From a virus (Duplodnaviria; Caudoviricetes): a DNA stretch of 30,552 bases. The stretch's first letter is position 1, and each line of letters starts with the position of its first letter. The translations under genes were made by a program, and so were the position numbers. This document shows positions 26,400 through 30,552 of the stretch, one piece after another. Under the pieces are notes generated by a model that saw only the letters and a list, made by a program, of their open reading frames with translations, did no database searches and was not told where the DNA came from. The stretch lies in the IMG/VR virus record IMGVR_UViG_3300024310_000024, positions 1 through 30,552 of that record; one strand, written 5' to 3'.

Positions 26400-26542
26400 A
26401 TTCCCTCCTGGGGGTTTCGCGCGATTATGGCATGCCTATCCTTACAAAAGGTTTACGGAATGTTTTTTCGGTTCGCGGTTTGGGAAGAGGGTCTGCAAAT
26501 TTACCCACCCGTCCGGCAGGAGGGCCGCCGGGTCCCAGAGTT

Positions 26543-26791
26543 TGAGAATGATTCTCGTTCTCCTGATATATCAGCCTAAACCTAAGGGTAAACCCTAATT
26601 GGAATCGGTTTCATGAGAATGGGAATCACCCGCTACATCGTTAGTGCTCATTATGTCAAATTAAACGTTCGCTTAACTAAATCGTAAGTCGTTGATTCTA
26701 TTGGCTTTTCTGAAAGTGCAAATGCACAGACGCGTTATCAGACCGCGATTTGCTGGCCTGGGCAACCATTATCAGGTGATAACGATTCTCG
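26543..26791. promoter_or_regulatory. Palindromic operator-like sites (Fur-box-like) and IHF consensus site
   Basis: TGAGAATGATTCTCG (26543-26557) and TGATAACGATTCTCG (26777-26791). TAAGTCGTTGATT (26685-26697) is the reverse complement of AATCAACGACTTA, matching WATCAANNNNTTR. Confidence 0.45.
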
Positions 26792-26961
26792 TTCCGGAAA
26801 ATCCGCCGAGCGCCGACCATCGATATTTTCGGGACGCGCAAAGGAGGTCATTTCGCCACCAAATCGCAAATCGCGATTCGAAGTTAGTACTCACTAACCA
26901 AGACTTGGCGCCCCCGCTCGCGCGTCCATAATGCGTAACTGCGGCAGTTGCATTTGTTTTT

Positions 26962-26998
26962 CTTGCATTTCGTTTTGCAACTGCTATAGTGAAGTCAT
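26962..26998 (+). promoter_or_regulatory. Repeated phage promoter, copy 2
   Basis: CTTGCATTTCGTTTTGCAACTGCTATAGTGAAGTCA: TTGCAT, extended TG, TATAGT. Confidence 0.75.
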
Positions 26999-27016
26999 CA
27001 ACAACGGAGAGACAAA

Positions 27017-27175
27017 ATGTTCGCTTACGAAATCGTCATTGAGGTCAACGGTCGCGCTGCACGCTTTGTCGAAGACGCGGATTCGCGCGACGCAGCGCAG
27101 GAGAAGCTGATCGCATGGCTGGAACTGGAAGGCAACGTGCACGGCACCATCCGCAGCATCACGAAACTCTGGTAA
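27017..27175 (+). CDS. 52-aa hypothetical protein
   Basis: Not in the ORF track. GGAGA RBS; MFAYEIVIEVNGRAARFVEDADSRDAAQEKLIAWLELEGNVHGTIRSITKLW. Confidence 0.7.
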   Translation: MFAYEIVIEVNGRAARFVEDADSRDAAQEKLIAWLELEGNVHGTIRSITKLW

Positions 27176-27185
27176 GGAGACCGTC

Positions 27186-27332
27186 ATGAAACTCTCAACC
27201 CTTCACACCGTCCTCATCCTGCTCGCCAACGCCTACATGGAAGTTGCCTGCCCCGACATGGAAGCGCCTGAAATGCGCCGGCACTGGCTCATCCGTCGTA
27301 CTGTCGACTTCCGCCACGTGGTGTGGTGCTGA
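27186..27332 (+). CDS. 48-aa hypothetical protein
   Basis: Not in the ORF track. TAAGGAG RBS; MKLSTLHTVLILLANAYMEVACPDMEAPEMRRHWLIRRTVDFRHVVWC. Confidence 0.65.
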   Translation: MKLSTLHTVLILLANAYMEVACPDMEAPEMRRHWLIRRTVDFRHVVWC

Positions 27333-27333
27333 C

Positions 27334-27510
27334 ATGAGCGCGGACTACGAATACGGCTTCAACCGTGGCTATGAAGCGGGCTACCGCGCAGCACGGGAGC
27401 GATCCGACCTGGAGCTTGCTCATCTGCGGGCTCAGGTGGAGTTGCTGGTGAAGCACACCGCCAGCTTGGACTATCTGAAACCGCAGGCCATCGTTCTGGA
27501 GTCGAAATGA
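27334..27510 (+). CDS. 58-aa hypothetical protein
   Basis: MSADYEYGFNRGYEAGYRAA (YxxG repeats then coiled coil); starts 1 nt after the upstream stop. Confidence 0.65.
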   Translation: MSADYEYGFNRGYEAGYRAARERSDLELAHLRAQVELLVKHTASLDYLKPQAIVLESK

Positions 27511-27689
27511 CCCGCTACGCCATCCTGATCCCCGGTGACGAGATGATCGGCTTCATCGACTGTGCTGGCCTGCCTACGCTGGAGATGTGCGCCGATGCGC
27601 TGGCAGCGGAAGCCGGATTCCCTGACCGCGATTCCTTTCTCCTCGCCAACCCTGAACTCAACACAATCGGCTTCGCGCCCATCCACTAG
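27507..27689 (+). CDS. 60-aa hypothetical protein
   Basis: GGAG RBS and ATGA overlap. Confidence 0.65.
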   Translation: MTRYAILIPGDEMIGFIDCAGLPTLEMCADALAAEAGFPDRDSFLLANPELNTIGFAPIH

Positions 27690-27726
27690 GACAAACCCTC
27701 GAACTGGAGAAATTTTCCAGTTCAGG

Positions 27727-27763
27727 CTTGCCATTCCGTTTTGCAATTGCTATAGTGGAGTCA
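27727..27763 (+). promoter_or_regulatory. Repeated phage promoter, copy 3
   Basis: TTGCCA-17 bp-TATAGT, nearly identical to copy 2. Confidence 0.75.
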
Positions 27764-27793
27764 CTGGATAACACAACACGAAGGAGAAACACC

Positions 27794-27958
27794 ATGTACT
27801 CGAAATTCGCATCGCAACACGCTTACGCACGTCGCAACGGCTACAAGGGCACGTACGAAGGGTACGTCGAACTTCAGTATCAAACGTACCTCACGATCTG
27901 CAAGCGCTGCGACGACAAGCCGATGAGCAAACAGGCATGGTTCGAAAAAGCAGCGTAA
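27794..27958 (+). CDS. 54-aa hypothetical protein
   Basis: AAGGAG RBS; MYSKFASQHAYARRNGYKG..CKRC. Confidence 0.7.
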   Translation: MYSKFASQHAYARRNGYKGTYEGYVELQYQTYLTICKRCDDKPMSKQAWFEKAA

Positions 27959-27968
27959 AACCCCCTAC

Positions 27969-27988
27969 AACGCCCCGCAAGGGGCGTT
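27969..27988. terminator. Hairpin between convergent genes (probable terminator)
   Basis: AACGCCCC-GCAA-GGGGCGTT: perfect 8-bp stem with a GNRA loop; weak U-tract. Confidence 0.6.
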
Positions 27989-28002
27989 CTGCTATCTACC
28001 CC

Positions 28003-28188
28003 TTACTCCCTCTCCACAAACGGCTCCTGCGCCTTCCTCGCACGCGAGGCGGCCTCTGCCAGCTCGGTATCGGCATACGTGATGCACGGCTGGCACCAGA
28101 GCGGCCCTTCCCACCTCACCAGCTCCAGCAGGCGCACGCTGAACTCCTGGCCACAGCACACGCACAGGACTGAGTCGTCTTTTCTCAT
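28003..28188 (-). CDS. 61-aa zinc-finger-like protein
   Basis: CVCC and CQPC motifs; ATGA overlap with the upstream ORF. Confidence 0.65.
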   Translation of the reverse strand: MRKDDSVLCVCCGQEFSVRLLELVRWEGPLWCQPCITYADTELAEAASRARKAQEPFVERE

Positions 28189-28343
28189 TTGCTCATCCCG
28201 TTCAGGTCTTCGACCAGGCGGGCGATCAATTCATCTTCCGGCACGCTGTCCGTGTTTCGCTCTTTCATCATAAGTTTCAGTGTCTGGATGATAAGCACTT
28301 CCCTTACAGTTTCGTCAGCCCAGTTATCCCAGTCGTAGTTCAT
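28185..28343 (-). CDS. 52-aa acidic hypothetical protein
   Basis: Not in the ORF track. GGAGA RBS; MNYDWDNWADETVREVLIIQTLKLMMKERNTDSVPEDELIARLVEDLNGMSK. Confidence 0.65.
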   Translation of the reverse strand: MNYDWDNWADETVREVLIIQTLKLMMKERNTDSVPEDELIARLVEDLNGMSK

Positions 28344-28369
28344 CGTCAAATCTCCGTTCAGTAAAGTTG

Positions 28370-28480
28370 CTTGCTGAGGTTACTGACGTTGCTGACGTCT
28401 TATAGACACGTCAGCAACATCAGAAAGTCAGCAAGAAGTCAGCAACAACGTCAGCAAGAAGTCAGCCAAAGTCAGCAAGC
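28370..28480. repeat. Iteron-like array with inverted repeat (candidate replication origin)
   Basis: GTCAGC at 28410, 28427, 28438, 28450, 28461 and 28471; inverted copies at 28373-28396 flank a central TCTTATAGA. Confidence 0.7.
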
Positions 28481-30457
28481 GTCAAGGTCATCGTCCGCCA
28501 GGCTAAGCCCGGCTTCGGTTCGGCGGATTACGCCAAATTCTTCCAACCTCAGCACAAGGGGCACCATGTTGCGTCTGAGTTTGCTCGGAAACTTCTTGAT
28601 GATAGCGTCCAGCAACTGATCATCAGTCACCACCTTGGTAGGCGATTCGTCAGTGATGCGTTCGAAAATTGTAAGTATTTCCCTGTGCATGTCGTATCGC
28701 GAATCCTCAAGATTCGCCAGCTTGCGGGGCCGCTTCGGTGTCTTGCTGACCTCCTTCTGCACCGGCTCGATCACGCACGTGGTTACCTCGTCGCCCTCGT
28801 CATCTACGCCGACGGTTACGCGCTTCAGTTCGAACCCGAAACTGGTTCCCGTTACGTCATCCCGCGATTTGGAAAGCATGGCGCCATGCTCGAAACGGTC
28901 GCCAACCTTGTTCTTGAAGATCTCCATCACGAAATCGGCGCCCGCGAACAGTGCTGACGAGCCGCGCATACCTTTGCTGTCTTCCTTGCCTGTGTGGTGT
29001 ACGGCAAGCACCATCGCGCCCGTAGCGTGGCTGATGTCCTTGCAGGCAGCCAGGAAGAGGCCCATGTCCTTCGCGCTGTTCTCATCACCTGAATGGGAAG
29101 CGGCCATCGTGTCGAGGATAATCAGGCCAGCAGAGCCAATAGCCTCGATCAGTTGCTTCGTGTCCGTCGATAGCAGGTTCGGTGCTGACGCGATGATGTC
29201 AGGCCGCGCACCGTCGGCGCATATATGCTGGTCGTAGGCATCCATGCGCTTCTTGATGCCCTCGCGTGCTTCAGCCGCGACGTAGACAACACGGCAGTTG
29301 CTGACCTTGCGCCCCCGCCATTCCGCGCCGCGCGCGACGCATGCCGCCATGTCCAGCACGAAGAAGGTCTTCCCTGAACCCGACTGGCCGTACAGGATGC
29401 CTACCTCGGCCTGCGGCAGGACGCCCTTGATGATCCACGGAGTGGAAAGGTAATTCTGCTTGTAGGAACCCCATTCGTGAACCGCAAACGGGTTAGCGGA
29501 GCCGTCGGCGCGCGGTTTGTGTTCTTCCGCGCCTGCGACTTTCAGCAAACTGCGAAGCGTGACGGGGCGGCCCGTGTAACGCCCAAGGCTGTTCCAGGTC
29601 GTGTCGAACTTCTCGTCGGTGTGCTTGGCACTGGACGAAGACCATTCGTACGCCAGATCGCGCCCCGCGTCCGACAGTTCGTGATGCACTGCCGCGATGA
29701 CGTTGAACCAGTGCTCGTAGGACGCGTCACCATTCGGGTGCGCGCGCAGCAGCCGCGCTACTTCCGGTTCCGTTTTTCCTACCGGCTGATCCTCGAACGG
29801 ATCATCAGACGCAGCCACATCGCGCAATCCTTGATCTGGTGCGCCCACGGTTCGTACAGACCACTTTCCCGTTGCAACCATACCGGACGCAATGCGTTCG
29901 AATGCGTCAATAACCAGCTGAGCATCTCCTCGGGATAGAGACGGTAGGCTCTCACGTGAAACAGTTCGCAAACCATCATCTCCAAGTCCGTCGAACCATC
30001 TGTAAGGCTTTCCGGTGACCGGATGTACGTGGTAGGCAACCCACTGCTGACCGTCTCCGAGTATCTCAACTTTGTGCTCATTTTTCCCATCCGTGTAAAT
30101 GGCGGACGACATCTTGCGAAACGGTGTATCGGAACGGAACGGTACAAGAAACTTTGGCGCCATCCCGGTTCTGGTCATCAGCGACTGGCCGGCGAAGATC
30201 CGGTCGATCTCGTCAGACATGCGCTGCGCAATGCCCGGGTCCAGAATGTCTACGTCAATCGCTGGCGTGCTCGCGGCTATCACACCTACGCCAGCCTGCG
30301 CGGAGCCGTTGGAGGCCATCCTTCGCACGTCCTCGACGGTTAGCGAGGCCTGCGGCCATCCCTTCATGCGCGGGCCCTTGGAACCGGGCGGCAACGGGAC
30401 AATACGATACCCGTGACGAACGAGGTCTTCGCCCAGGTCTTTGAAGTATTGGGGCAT
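28472..30457 (-). CDS. Primase-helicase: Prim-Pol + PriCT-2 + AAA (RepA-like) + C-terminal winged-helix-like region
   Basis: GYRIVPLPPGSKGP, AIDVD, SYEHWFNVIAAVH..WSSSSAKH, Walker A GQSGSGKT, Walker B IILDT and VHHTGK..RGSSA. Confidence 0.9.
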   Translation of the reverse strand: MPQYFKDLGEDLVRHGYRIVPLPPGSKGPRMKGWPQASLTVEDVRRMASNGSAQAGVGVIAASTPAIDVDILDPGIAQRMSDEIDRIFAGQSLMTRTGMAPKFLVPFRSDTPFRKMSSAIYTDGKNEHKVEILGDGQQWVAYHVHPVTGKPYRWFDGLGDDGLRTVSRESLPSLSRGDAQLVIDAFERIASGMVATGKWSVRTVGAPDQGLRDVAASDDPFEDQPVGKTEPEVARLLRAHPNGDASYEHWFNVIAAVHHELSDAGRDLAYEWSSSSAKHTDEKFDTTWNSLGRYTGRPVTLRSLLKVAGAEEHKPRADGSANPFAVHEWGSYKQNYLSTPWIIKGVLPQAEVGILYGQSGSGKTFFVLDMAACVARGAEWRGRKVSNCRVVYVAAEAREGIKKRMDAYDQHICADGARPDIIASAPNLLSTDTKQLIEAIGSAGLIILDTMAASHSGDENSAKDMGLFLAACKDISHATGAMVLAVHHTGKEDSKGMRGSSALFAGADFVMEIFKNKVGDRFEHGAMLSKSRDDVTGTSFGFELKRVTVGVDDEGDEVTTCVIEPVQKEVSKTPKRPRKLANLEDSRYDMHREILTIFERITDESPTKVVTDDQLLDAIIKKFPSKLRRNMVPLVLRLEEFGVIRRTEAGLSLADDDLDAC

Positions 30458-30552
30458 CAGGCCTCCTGCGTGCGCAGATCCTTTTGAGCTTGAACCCAGG
30501 CCTCAACTTCAGCAGAGTCCCAGAAGACGCGGGAGCCAACACGGACAGGTTT
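30457..30552 (-). CDS. 3' end of AlpA/excisionase-like HTH protein (partial)
   Basis: KPVRVGSRVFWDSAEVEAWVQAQKDLRTQEA*; TGATG-coupled to the primase. Confidence 0.7.
   Translation of the reverse strand, partial: KPVRVGSRVFWDSAEVEAWVQAQKDLRTQEA

Larger units (their letters stand above)
1..30552. mobile_element. Tailed phage/prophage genome segment (podovirus-like)
   Basis: Contains terminase, portal, scaffold, major capsid, adaptor/nozzle, ejection-type proteins, lysis genes, primase-helicase and SNF2 helicase. No tape-measure, sheath or host housekeeping genes seen. Confidence 0.95.

Noticed and set aside
26424-26447. Minus-strand promoter for the late module (TTGTAA / CATAAT)
   Set aside because: The spacer is only 12 bp. 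An extended -10 is possible but too weak to call.
28370-28480. Possible CRISPR array
   Set aside because: Units are only about 11 bp, with no unique spacers and no cas genes.

Overview
The whole window is part of a tailed dsDNA phage or prophage genome with podovirus-like architecture. It is GC-rich, and a Burkholderiales-like host is only a guess from codon style. Left end (+): tail of a VRR-NUC-like gene, an SNF2-type helicase and two hypothetical genes. A long minus-strand late module (about 26400 down to 2632) runs in this order: virion-like protein, large terminase with an extra C-terminal domain, four tiny basic ORFs, HNH endonuclease, portal, miniature HExxH peptidase, fibre, head protein, scaffold, N4-gp56-type major capsid, adaptor/nozzle/tail fibre, lysis genes (GH19 endolysin, holins), Asp/Asn beta-hydroxylase-like and cupin enzymes, three ejection-type proteins, a PurD-like ATP-grasp ligase, a small basic protein and a TerS candidate. 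A + strand two-gene moron interrupts this module. Right part: a ~600 bp divergent control region, small + strand genes behind a repeated promoter, an iteron-like array, a Prim-Pol/PriCT/AAA primase-helicase and the end of an AlpA-like gene. The most striking signal is that three consecutive head genes share an N-terminal basic leader ending in LFP[GS][VI]. They sit behind their own sigma70-type promoter, downstream of a tiny HExxH metallopeptidase, which suggests a dedicated leader-processing system. All product calls come from motif recognition by eye, with no database searches.
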